From a virus (taxonomy: Duplodnaviria; Caudoviricetes), in the IMG/VR virus record IMGVR_UViG_3300033463_000023, positions 32,001-96,000 of that record: 64,000 bases of DNA. One strand, 5' to 3'. The position numbers and the translations under genes were made by a program. This document shows, piece after piece, positions 54,906 through 64,000 of the stretch. Within the stretch, counting starts at the first letter, position 1. Each line of letters opens with the position of its first letter. Under the pieces are notes generated by a model that saw only the letters and a program-made list of their open reading frames with translations, was not told where the DNA came from and did no database searches.

Positions 54906-57900
54906 CTACAGGTACTTCTCCCCGTGCCTTGCTGCTTCTTTCTGCAGCTTGGCGATGACGTTCGGCAGGCCGTCGGGCCCGTAGAGGATGTTCTGCGCGA
55001 CGATCGGCTCGCTGAGCCGGGCCAGCAGCGCCTCCTGCACGGCGGTGTTGCGGTCGAGCGACCCCTGGATGGCCGTGAGGTCCGTGCCGCCGCCGATGCC
55101 GCCCGTCGTGCCCCAGGCATCCCCGAAGTCGTCGAGGTTGCCGTCGGCGAAGGCGCGCACTCCCCCGCCCCGTCGGCGCATGGCGGAGAGCCGCCCGCCG
55201 TTGTAGAGCGTCTGGATGCTCTGCCAGATCTCCGGCTCGTTCAGGCGGATGTCGCGGGTGGTGTGGGCGTCGATGATCGCCTCCTGCCCGGCCTCGCCGA
55301 CGAGGTGGAACTCCGGCCCGCTGGTGACGTGGGTCTTCGCTCCCTTGCCCATGTACCTTGCGCGGTAGGTCCTGCCGTCGGCGGCGTCGACGTTGTACTG
55401 CCTGCCAGGCGTGAGCGTAGAGGGGTCGGTGAACTCGTTGACGTTACCGCTGGCGTACGTCATCATGCCCGTTGACAGGCGGCCGGCCGAGACGGACGCG
55501 CCGGTGACCTGGGCGATCTGCGACTTCGACTTGGCGATCTTCGATACGGCAAAACCGAGCAGGCCTCCGAGCAGGGCCGTGATGGCGGCGAAGGCAGCGG
55601 GTCCTGCGATCGGGCCAAGCTGTGCAAACGTCTTCGACGCGACGGCGGGAGTGTCTGCTGCAACCTGTGCCGTGTTCTGGGCCATGGAAGTCGTCAGTGC
55701 CGATATGGCCGCCTGGCCCGCCGCCTGCACGGCGATCATCTCGAACTTCTGGGCTGTCGAGAGATTGTCGTTCGACATGGCCTGGTAGGCGATTCCGTAG
55801 AGGTTGGCGGCGGCGGTCATCTTGGCGAAGGCCGACTGCGCGCCGCCCGCGATCTTGTTGTCTGTCTGCTGCTCGCCCTGCTGCACCTTCTTCTGGTTGT
55901 TGAGGACCTGCGCCGTGGCGGCGTCCGACGCCTGCACCTGGGCGTTGTAGGCGTTCTGCATGCTCTCGATGCCGGCGGCCGTCATCTGCCACGGAGCCTT
56001 GTATGGCAGGCCTTCCGGTTGCTCCGCCACGGCGGGCTGTATCGGCGAAACGACTTGTCCGCTGCCGTCGAGCGCCATGCCGTTCTCGTCGCGCTTCAGC
56101 TTGCTGGCGTCGGAGAAGTCCGACTGGCCGCCAGCGATCCCGCCGAGCAGGTCGTACAGCGCCTGGGTGTTCAGCCCCAGCGCCGCCGTGTTGGCGTCTA
56201 TCGCCTCGTTCTGCAGCGCGGCGTTCATCCAGTCGGTGATCTGCTCGTCCATCTTGGCGTTGATGTCGTCCATCACCTTCTTCCACGCGTCGGCCTGGGC
56301 GTTCTGCTGCTCTATCTCCCGCTGGCGCTCCAGGGCCTGGCGGTCGTTGAGGTACTCGTAGTGGGCGGCTGCGTCCTCCGTGCCCTCGTTCTCGATGACG
56401 ATGTACGTCCCGGCGCCGGGGCCTCCCTTGCCGGTGAGCTCCATCTTCGCCAGCTCGTTGTAGTACTCCGCGTTGCCGGCGTTGCTGGCTTCCATCACGT
56501 CCTGCAGCGAGCCCGTCAGCAGGTCTGCCCATTCCCTCAGGCTCTGATAGAGGCGGTTCTGGGACTCCTCGGTGCGGGCGATGATCTCCTCGCGCTGCTT
56601 GGCCAGCTCGGTCAGCTCCTTAGCCTGCGAGATATTCAGTGATGTCGTCAGGTGCTGAGCGTCGAGCGATGCCTCCACAGATTTCGTCACGGCTTCCTCT
56701 GCCTGCCGCGCCTTCAGTCGTGCCTCTTCGGCCTTGCCTGCGTCCTTGGCGGCCTCGGCTTCCTTCTTCAGGCGCTCTGCCTTCCGTTTCTCCAACTCTG
56801 CCTCGCGCTCCAGGAAAGCAATACGCTTCCTGCCCTCCTGCTCCATCAGGTTGTAGTAGTGTTCCTGCATCGTGATCTTCAGCTTCATCTGCTGGATGGC
56901 GAGCTTGTCGGCCACGCGTTCCGATGCTGCACCGGCACCTATCAGGCTGTTGGCACGGCTCACCCTGCCCTCTTCCAGTCCCAGTGCGCTTATGGCCAGT
57001 TCGTAGCTGTCCTTCAGGCTGGCGCTCTGGCCGGGCATCACGTCCTGCCACATGATGTCAACCTGCTTCTTGATCTGCGACGCCTCCTTCTTGATGGCGT
57101 TCTGCACGTCGTCGTACACTTTGTGCAGCGCCTCCAGTATCGACTGCCGCTTCTGGTCGTCCACCATCAGCTCGTCGGCCCATTCTCCCAGGCCATTCTC
57201 GCGCATCCGCTTTGCCAGCTCATCGACGGTCAGCGCATAGGCGTTCTCCGCCTCTCCCAGCAGGAAGCGCATGCGCTTGGCCTCGGCCTTCACCAGCACA
57301 CCTGCGTCGGTCACGCCCTTCTTCTCCATGTCGGCAAAGAGGATGTCCATGTCCGTCAGGTTCTTGCGCAGGTTGTCCACGATGCCGTCATAGGGCCGTT
57401 CCTTGGCCACGATGTCGGCTATCTTGTTCAGATGCTTCACGGTGATCTCCTGCATCTTCGTCATGTCCTGCTGCATGCGGTAGTTGTTGCGCCCTATCTG
57501 TCCGGCGTTGGCCTTGGCCCACTCGGTGGTGAGCTTCTCGCGCTGCAGCTCGTCCAGCTCGAAGTTCTTGTGCAGTGTCTCCCACCACTCGTCGAACGCC
57601 TTGGTCTCCTCCTTCGATATCTCGCCGGTGAACGACCCGCGCAGCTTCGCCCGCCGCTCCAGGTGCTTCTGCTCCAGCAGCTCCGCCTGGCGGTTGTACA
57701 GCTCCTCGCTCATGTTCTCGTCGATGCGCGCCTTCTCCAGCGTCTCCTTGCGGCGCGAGTAGTAGCGGTCGAGCTCCGCCAGCGCATAGTCCGTCTCCGG
57801 CATCAGGTTCTTGCGCTTGCCCGTCTTGGCTTCCGCAGCCCAGTGCCCCTCGTTGGTGGAGAAGCGCTCGCTCTTCAGCTCCTGCTCGATCTTCTTGCGC

Positions 57901-60900
57901 TCCGCGTTGTACCAGTCGATGACGTCATTCATGTTCGGCTGCACCTTGCCGTCGTTGATGGCCTTCATCAGGGCGATGTCCTCGGCCAGCACCTTCCTGA
58001 TGTCGGTATCAGGGCGGATCGCGTTCTTGAAACGGTCCATCTGGTTGCGGCGGGCCACCAGCTCGTCAACGTTCCAGGAAGCGTAGTCGGTGCTGGCGGC
58101 CTCCGGCTCGGTGCCCCAGATGTTCGCGGACGATCCTGCGCTGCCGCCTTCGCCTATGCCGCCTGCCTCGCCCTTCTGCGCCTGCTTGGCGGCTTTGATG
58201 ATCTGCCTGCGCTGTTCCTCCGTGAATGCCCTGAAAAGGGTCTCAACGACATTCTCGACAGTGGCTTCGTTCCCGTTGGCTACATACTTGTCGGCTTTGT
58301 CAAGCTCTCCATTGAACTTGTTCAGGTTGGCGGTGATGATGTTCACCTGCTGTGCCAGGTCGCCGACATTCTCCATCGCCCTCTCCGCACCGCCGGCGAT
58401 TTGGTTAAGGACACGGTTGTAGGCATCGTCATTCATCTTGTTGGCGCTCGCTATGCTGGCACTACGGGCCCCTTTTGTGAACGATTCCGAATCCTGGCGT
58501 TTCTCCTCTATCTCTGCTTCGCGCTTCAGGGTCCTCTCCGTCCACTGGTCGAACGACCTGAACGACTGGCTGATGAAGTCTTCGAGCGTGTTGCTGACTT
58601 CGCTGTAGATGGTAGTCCCATATATGGTGCTTCCGGTAGCCACGGAACGGGTTCCAAAGTTCAGCGGCACCTCCTTGCCGTTACGGTCTCTCACGTTTCT
58701 GGCGCCGGCGACCTCTTCCCTTACGATCTTTCCGAACACCTTCTCCAGCTCCTTCCGCAGTTCGGCATAGCTGCCTCTTGTCACCTCGCCGCCTGTAAGT
58801 CCCTCGATGGCAGGCAGCGTGTACGACGCCTTGCCGTTCTCGTCGACGCTGTAGCGGATGCTGCCACGCACAGTGTTCCAGCGGCTGCGTATCTGGCGCT
58901 GCATGTCGGCCGGCAGCGACTTCAGCGAGGCCGTGCTTCTTGCGCCGGCCTCGTCGATGCCCTCGTTGTGCTTTTCGTCGATGCCCTCTATCTCCTTGTT
59001 CAGCCGCTTCTGCTCCAGCTCCTCCTTCAGCGCGTCCACGATCTGCAGGTGTGCCAGCGCGACCTGCTCGGCGGCAGTCTTCTCGTTGAGCATGTAGCCC
59101 AGGTAGGTGCTGTACTTCGAGTTGATCTCGCTGATAAGCCCGCTGCGGGTCTTGTTGGCCTTGTTCATCTCGTCGGAGGCAGACTTCAGTTCCTTCTCCT
59201 TCTGCTTCAGCTCCTCTTCCTTCTTGCCCAGCCTGTCGTGGGCCTCTGTGCTCTTGTCGGTAGAGCTCCTTAGGACGTCAACCTCCTTGCGCAGTTCGTC
59301 TGTCTCCTTTTTCAGCTTACGGTGCTTCTCGGCCGCCTCGTTGGCCTTGGGTATGGCTTTCTCGAGCGAGGATGTCAGCCTGCCCACCTCCCGCTCTGCT
59401 GCGGCTTCCTCGTTGTCGAGCCTGGCCAGCGAGAGCGCCATGGCGTCGATATTGGTGGCGGCGTCCCAGATGGCCTTGCCCAGCAGATACACAGCTGAAG
59501 CAATGGCAAACATCAGGTTCGCCTTCGACGCTGCATCCATCGCTCTCCATGCGGCGCGCCATTTCGCGGCCACGCCCGTTATCTGCACGCCGAGGGATTT
59601 CACGCCCGTAATGGCCAGGTTCAGAGGTTTGATGAGGTATGTCCAGATGGCTCCGCCGATGCCGAGTTTCCACGCGCCGAACGCGAACATGACGGAAAAC
59701 GCGCCGTCCTTCAGCCTGACAAACAGGTCCAGCACAACGCGCATGCCGTCGATAACGCCGCCGAGCCAGCGCTGCATGCTGTCATTCACAAACACCTCCT
59801 CCAGCTGGTTCTTGAAACGCTCCCATCTTGCGGCGGTGGTCTCGTTCATCTTGTCGTACTCCTGCTGGATGGCGATATTCCCCTCATACGCCCTGGAGGC
59901 GGTGCCGAGGTGTTCCTTCAGCGTCTCCACGTTCTGAGACAGGCCGGCAAAGACGATGCCGGCCCTGGCACCCTGCTGGTTCAGCTGCTTCATCACGTCC
60001 TTCATGCCGCCCATGTTCAGCATCTCCTCGATGCCCTCCTCGTCGAGGCCCGCATCCTTGATATGCTGGAACACCATGAGGATGGCCTCCATGCCACGGC
60101 CGGTGGCAAAGAGGTCGCGCAGGTCGTTCGGGGCCACCTTGATGGCCTTGGCAACCTCGAACGCATTGTTCTTTATCGCTGGGATCATTCGTGACAGGGC
60201 GGTAGCCGACATCTCGACTCTCATGCCCAACGCGTCGACCGTAGAACCCAGAGCGGCCACCTGGTCGATGGTGATGCCGCTCTGTGCTCCGACGGCTCCA
60301 ACACGCTTCACAAAATCAGTAATAGCGGGGGCGGTGGCGGCGCTGGTGGCACGCAGACGGTCGATGGTCGAGCCGACCTTCTCCATTGCCACGGCCGTGG
60401 CAGAGGATCCGTCGATGATTCCCTCGCGCATCTGCTTGTCAATCTTGGCGATCTCGCCGGTGGCAAGCGCCACCTTCAGCATCTCGGTGGCACCTTCCTT
60501 ACCCATTTCCGGCAGGGCCACCATCAGCTTGTTGGCGGCCTCCGTGAATCCCTCCACGTCCTCCTGCGTCTTCAATCCCAGCTGGCCTGCAGCCACGGAC
60601 AGGTCGAGAAGGCCGGTCAGCGCGGTACGGGTATCCATCTTCCTCAGGTTCTCGCTCAGCCGCCCCACCTCGTCAGCCGTGAAGCCGGTGGTCTTGCGCA
60701 CCTCGCCCATCTTGTCCGAGAGCTCCAGCAAGTCGGCGAAGGATGCCGTGACCTTCTGCAAGGCGGTGGCGGCGCTGACGTAAAGGGTGATGTATGTCTT
60801 CAGTCGGCCCATGGCTTTCTCAAACGAGCTGGCGGTTCCCTTGCTGGTGGCGCCGAGCCGCTTCATCTCAAAGTCGGCCTTCTTGACTTTTGCTGCCAGT

Positions 60901-63353
60901 TCGTCGAAGGCCTCCCTGTCCTTGCCTGTCTCTATGCGCATCGAGGCGAGTGCCGCCCTACCCTGCTCCACGGCCAGCTTCAACTCGTTGAACGACTTGC
61001 CCTTAGGCGTGTCGAGTATGGCCTTGATCTCGCCTGACAGGTGGCCTGTGCGCTGCAGCTCGAGATTGATGCTGTCGATTCCCTCCTGCATACGGCGCCA
61101 TGCCAGACCGCCCTTCACGGCCTGCTTCTGCAGGTCTTCGAGTGTCTTCTTGGCGAGGTTCAGCTGTTCAACCGTCCCCTTGAAGTTGCCGCTGCGGGCA
61201 CTGAGTGCCGTCTGCAGGGCCTGCTTCATGGTCATGGTCGGTGCCGTGGCTTTCTCTGCGGCAACGCCTGCCTGAACCAGGTATTCGTTAATCTTCTTGA
61301 TGGTGTCGGCTTCGGTCTCCTGCGGCAGCGAGTCGCGGTATTTCTTCAGCGCATCTGCATTCCTCTTGATGTCGTTGGCACTGGCATTGCCTATACCACC
61401 CCCAAAGAATGTAAGTGCCTTCTGTCCTTCGGCCTGCACCATCTGGTCTTGCAGTTGCCTCACTTTCTGCAGATTGGCCTCGTACTGGTGCAGACTCTTG
61501 CCTGCGTTCTTCGGGTCGTCAATCATGCGCTGCCAGTACTGCTCCTGTGTCTTCAGTGCGGAAGATGAAAGCGACGAGCCGTATCTGTTCAGCTGATCGT
61601 CCATCAGCTTAATGGCCTTCTTGCGCTCATCTTCTGCCTTCTTCAACGATTCGGCCTCCTTCCTCGCGCTTCGTTCGGCCTCCAGTCCGTATTTCTTAAT
61701 ATGGTCTTCGGCGTCGGCGATGGCCACTGACAGATCTTTGTACTTCTGGTCGCTGGCCGAAAGCGTCTGCTGGTATTTCTTGGCGTCTTCGATGGCCTTG
61801 CGGATATCACGCTCACTCATGGTCATCAGGTTGCCGCCCGTCAACTTCTGTGCCCCGGTCTTTGCCTGCTCGTTGGCGAGTCGCTGCTGCTCGGCAATGA
61901 CGGCCTCGAGGTTGGCCTTGGCATCGTTGTATGCCCGGCTGCCGCGCTCGGCACCGTCCATCTGTGCCTGCCAGAAACGCTTGGTCTCTTCCAGCGCGCC
62001 GTCAGACAGCTTGCCAAGGTCGCTCATGCGGCCGTTCATCATCTGCAGCTGGGCGGCGGCCTTCTGTGCGCTGCGCTCCGCCTCCAGCCCGAACTTCTGC
62101 ATGTGCTCCTCGGCACGGATGATGCTGTCCTGAAGCTGCTGGAACGACTTGTCGGTAGGCTTCATGGCTGCCAGCAGTTCCTTGGCAGCGGCGACGGACT
62201 GTTTCAGCTCTGACTCCGACAGCGTGCGAAGGTTCTTGCGGTTCAGACGGTTGGCACTGTCCTGCAACTGTTTGGTGTTGAGACGCTCCTGCTCGTCGGC
62301 GATCTTCTTCAGGTTGGCGACAGCCTCCTTGTATGCTCGGCTTCCACGGGTGGCGCCGTCGCGCTGTTCCTCCCAGAACTTCTTGGTCTCAGTGAGCGCA
62401 TCCTGCGACAGCCTATTGAGTTTGTCAATGCGGCCTTGCATCATCTTGTACTTGTCGTCGAGCAGCTTAGCGGCCTCGGCCTGACGCTGCGCGGCTCGTG
62501 CCGCTTCCAAACCATGCGTCTTCAGGTATGCCTCTGCCTCGGCTATCTTCTTGGTTAGATCCTGTGCCTCCTTGCTGCCAGAGCGGTAGGTGGCCAGCAG
62601 CTCCTTTCCGGCACTGATGGCCTTGCGGATATCATCTTCCGAGTAACGGCCGAGCGCTTTCGAGCCTAACAGTTTAGATGACCGTTCAAGCTCCTTTGTC
62701 TGGATGCTGTCAACGTAGCCCCTGATCTCCTTCAGCTGGGCGGCATACTGCTTGTACTCAGCGGTGCCTTTGGGGATCATGGCAAGGATTTTCTCAAGGC
62801 CTTCCTGCTCCTTTTTGAGCACGGCCTCCGAGACCTTGCCGCCCCTGCTGATGGTCTCAATGACCTTCTCCGTGTCACGGTCGAGGCGGTTGAGCTGCTT
62901 CTGTGATTCGGTTATAACCTTGTTCAGGTCGCGCTGTCTCTGCAGATCCTCCTCGTTCAGCTTGCCGTTCTCCCCCTTCTCGCGGATGGGACGCAGGCGG
63001 CTCTGCGCGGCGTTGATGGCACCCTTCAGCTCGGCACGGCTGCTCTTTTCGATCTCACCCATGCGGATGTTCTTCACAACGGATTCGAGTGCGGTGGCTC
63101 CCTTCATCAGCTCGTGGATGGCAGACTCGAAATTACGGGCTTCCTTGGCGGCGGACTTCAGGCGGTCTGCCACGTTGAACTCCACACCGTTGCCGTCCTT
63201 CAGCTTCTTGATGCCGTGGTCGAGCGCGTCCTGCATTTCATCGACAGTCTTCCTTGCCTCCCTCGCGCTTGCTCTCAGAGAGTCCAAGGCCACGTTCGCG
63301 CCTTTCGCGTCGGCACGGAACTGGATGGTTGCCAAAGCTATCTTGTTGCTCAT
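54906..63353 (-). CDS. tail tape measure protein
   Basis: 2815 aa, helical; VRKTTGFTADEV..L...L.KMDTRT..L..L...AGQLG TP901-type core; C-terminal LVGEAGQE. Confidence 0.92.
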   Translation of the reverse strand: MSNKIALATIQFRADAKGANVALDSLRASAREARKTVDEMQDALDHGIKKLKDGNGVEFNVADRLKSAAKEARNFESAIHELMKGATALESVVKNIRMGEIEKSSRAELKGAINAAQSRLRPIREKGENGKLNEEDLQRQRDLNKVITESQKQLNRLDRDTEKVIETISRGGKVSEAVLKKEQEGLEKILAMIPKGTAEYKQYAAQLKEIRGYVDSIQTKELERSSKLLGSKALGRYSEDDIRKAISAGKELLATYRSGSKEAQDLTKKIAEAEAYLKTHGLEAARAAQRQAEAAKLLDDKYKMMQGRIDKLNRLSQDALTETKKFWEEQRDGATRGSRAYKEAVANLKKIADEQERLNTKQLQDSANRLNRKNLRTLSESELKQSVAAAKELLAAMKPTDKSFQQLQDSIIRAEEHMQKFGLEAERSAQKAAAQLQMMNGRMSDLGKLSDGALEETKRFWQAQMDGAERGSRAYNDAKANLEAVIAEQQRLANEQAKTGAQKLTGGNLMTMSERDIRKAIEDAKKYQQTLSASDQKYKDLSVAIADAEDHIKKYGLEAERSARKEAESLKKAEDERKKAIKLMDDQLNRYGSSLSSSALKTQEQYWQRMIDDPKNAGKSLHQYEANLQKVRQLQDQMVQAEGQKALTFFGGGIGNASANDIKRNADALKKYRDSLPQETEADTIKKINEYLVQAGVAAEKATAPTMTMKQALQTALSARSGNFKGTVEQLNLAKKTLEDLQKQAVKGGLAWRRMQEGIDSINLELQRTGHLSGEIKAILDTPKGKSFNELKLAVEQGRAALASMRIETGKDREAFDELAAKVKKADFEMKRLGATSKGTASSFEKAMGRLKTYITLYVSAATALQKVTASFADLLELSDKMGEVRKTTGFTADEVGRLSENLRKMDTRTALTGLLDLSVAAGQLGLKTQEDVEGFTEAANKLMVALPEMGKEGATEMLKVALATGEIAKIDKQMREGIIDGSSATAVAMEKVGSTIDRLRATSAATAPAITDFVKRVGAVGAQSGITIDQVAALGSTVDALGMRVEMSATALSRMIPAIKNNAFEVAKAIKVAPNDLRDLFATGRGMEAILMVFQHIKDAGLDEEGIEEMLNMGGMKDVMKQLNQQGARAGIVFAGLSQNVETLKEHLGTASRAYEGNIAIQQEYDKMNETTAARWERFKNQLEEVFVNDSMQRWLGGVIDGMRVVLDLFVRLKDGAFSVMFAFGAWKLGIGGAIWTYLIKPLNLAITGVKSLGVQITGVAAKWRAAWRAMDAASKANLMFAIASAVYLLGKAIWDAATNIDAMALSLARLDNEEAAAEREVGRLTSSLEKAIPKANEAAEKHRKLKKETDELRKEVDVLRSSTDKSTEAHDRLGKKEEELKQKEKELKSASDEMNKANKTRSGLISEINSKYSTYLGYMLNEKTAAEQVALAHLQIVDALKEELEQKRLNKEIEGIDEKHNEGIDEAGARSTASLKSLPADMQRQIRSRWNTVRGSIRYSVDENGKASYTLPAIEGLTGGEVTRGSYAELRKELEKVFGKIVREEVAGARNVRDRNGKEVPLNFGTRSVATGSTIYGTTIYSEVSNTLEDFISQSFRSFDQWTERTLKREAEIEEKRQDSESFTKGARSASIASANKMNDDAYNRVLNQIAGGAERAMENVGDLAQQVNIITANLNKFNGELDKADKYVANGNEATVENVVETLFRAFTEEQRRQIIKAAKQAQKGEAGGIGEGGSAGSSANIWGTEPEAASTDYASWNVDELVARRNQMDRFKNAIRPDTDIRKVLAEDIALMKAINDGKVQPNMNDVIDWYNAERKKIEQELKSERFSTNEGHWAAEAKTGKRKNLMPETDYALAELDRYYSRRKETLEKARIDENMSEELYNRQAELLEQKHLERRAKLRGSFTGEISKEETKAFDEWWETLHKNFELDELQREKLTTEWAKANAGQIGRNNYRMQQDMTKMQEITVKHLNKIADIVAKERPYDGIVDNLRKNLTDMDILFADMEKKGVTDAGVLVKAEAKRMRFLLGEAENAYALTVDELAKRMRENGLGEWADELMVDDQKRQSILEALHKVYDDVQNAIKKEASQIKKQVDIMWQDVMPGQSASLKDSYELAISALGLEEGRVSRANSLIGAGAASERVADKLAIQQMKLKITMQEHYYNLMEQEGRKRIAFLEREAELEKRKAERLKKEAEAAKDAGKAEEARLKARQAEEAVTKSVEASLDAQHLTTSLNISQAKELTELAKQREEIIARTEESQNRLYQSLREWADLLTGSLQDVMEASNAGNAEYYNELAKMELTGKGGPGAGTYIVIENEGTEDAAAHYEYLNDRQALERQREIEQQNAQADAWKKVMDDINAKMDEQITDWMNAALQNEAIDANTAALGLNTQALYDLLGGIAGGQSDFSDASKLKRDENGMALDGSGQVVSPIQPAVAEQPEGLPYKAPWQMTAAGIESMQNAYNAQVQASDAATAQVLNNQKKVQQGEQQTDNKIAGGAQSAFAKMTAAANLYGIAYQAMSNDNLSTAQKFEMIAVQAAGQAAISALTTSMAQNTAQVAADTPAVASKTFAQLGPIAGPAAFAAITALLGGLLGFAVSKIAKSKSQIAQVTGASVSAGRLSTGMMTYASGNVNEFTDPSTLTPGRQYNVDAADGRTYRARYMGKGAKTHVTSGPEFHLVGEAGQEAIIDAHTTRDIRLNEPEIWQSIQTLYNGGRLSAMRRRGGGVRAFADGNLDDFGDAWGTTGGIGGGTDLTAIQGSLDRNTAVQEALLARLSEPIVAQNILYGPDGLPNVIAKLQKEAARHGEKYL

Positions 63354-63377
63354 AGTCGTATGTTGTTTGTGTTGTTT

Positions 63378-63902
63378 CTACCTGCGTGACATCATCAGGC
63401 GGTTGATCTCCTCGTAGTTCTCGCGGTTGGCGCCGGCGGCATAGACGAGGAATCCGAGGCCCATAAACGAGAAGTGGTCTACCAGCAGGCGCTCGAACCT
63501 CCGGGCCTGCTTTCGCATCTCGGCGGTACTGTGCGGCTTGGCCTTGCGCTTGCGACCACGGACAGGTATTGGCTTCCACGCCCGCTGCGTGATGGGGTCG
63601 ATAGGTGTATATGGATTATTCTTGCCGACAGCGAGTTCCACGAACTGGCCGTACTTCATGTAGGTCTCCTGGAACACCTCTGCGTCGCCACCGCTGTCGG
63701 CCCACGCCTTCCAGCCGATACTGCGCATGAGCTTGCCGGACCGTATGGCCGTGAGCCGGCGGATGTTCTTCTTTGCATCCTCCTTGCCGAACTTGATGAA
63801 GTTGCGGATGTACTGCATCACCCGCTCGTCGCGCCAGTCGAACTTGGTCGCGATTATCTCGTCCGCGAACGGGTCCCTCTCCCGCCATTTCTCGTTAGCC
63901 AT
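63378..63902 (-). CDS. hypothetical protein (possible tail completion/neck)
   Basis: Upstream of the tape measure gene; RSGKLMRSI and YGQFVELAVG motifs. Confidence 0.6.
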   Translation of the reverse strand: MANEKWRERDPFADEIIATKFDWRDERVMQYIRNFIKFGKEDAKKNIRRLTAIRSGKLMRSIGWKAWADSGGDAEVFQETYMKYGQFVELAVGKNNPYTPIDPITQRAWKPIPVRGRKRKAKPHSTAEMRKQARRFERLLVDHFSFMGLGFLVYAAGANRENYEEINRLMMSRR

Positions 63903-63918
63903 GATGCTCTTTTTACCC

Positions 63919-63954
63919 GCAATATAGCGTGCGCGGGTGCCGGAATCAAGGGCA
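63919..63954 (-). promoter_or_regulatory. putative late promoter motif copy
   Basis: TGCCCTTGA-N19-TATATTGC. Confidence 0.7.
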
Positions 63955-64000
63955 ACAAGCGGCCGTTCTTACTACCAACGGGCAGTAAGAAGACAATGGA

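Noticed and set aside
56652-59273. 873-aa plus-strand ORF
   Set aside because: Antisense shadow of the tape measure gene
1-64000. Stop-codon reassignment
   Set aside because: Long genes are intact in the standard code, and TAG, TGA and TAA all end genes with tight operon spacing

Overview
This window is a 64 kb segment of a GC-rich tailed phage or prophage. A Bacteroidales (Prevotella-like) host is inferred from TAnnTTTG-type promoters, AT-rich SD-less leaders and the gene types. From left to right it holds: (1) early/accessory genes at 1-16 kb, including an IF-1 homologue, a PI-PLC-like phosphodiesterase, a metallophosphoesterase, a tRNA-like non-coding stretch and an AT-rich small-gene island; (2) a holin and divergent tail/fibre operons at 16-32.8 kb; (3) an invertible cassette array with its recombinase at 32.8-43 kb; (4) a Cys-rich operon of unknown function; (5) tail tube, major capsid, prohead protease, head-tail and tape-measure genes at 48-64 kb. 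The standout is a very large shufflon at 32814-42946. One expressed gene has a 50-aa constant N-terminus. It is followed by 29 AT-rich, start-less adhesin-like cassettes in both orientations (15 plus, 14 minus). Every cassette opens in frame at an invariant CTGGGCG core (TTCTGGGCG in 23 of 29, encoding L-G-x), and a tyrosine recombinase ends right beside the last site. One cassette has no stop codon and ends in a second copy of the expression-site junction, so the system could also build two-domain combinatorial tips. Other notable signals are a six-copy promoter motif with exact 19-nt spacing, a metallophosphoesterase inserted into a tail protein, and a switch-like RNA leader. Protein family calls come from motif recognition only; no database searches were run.
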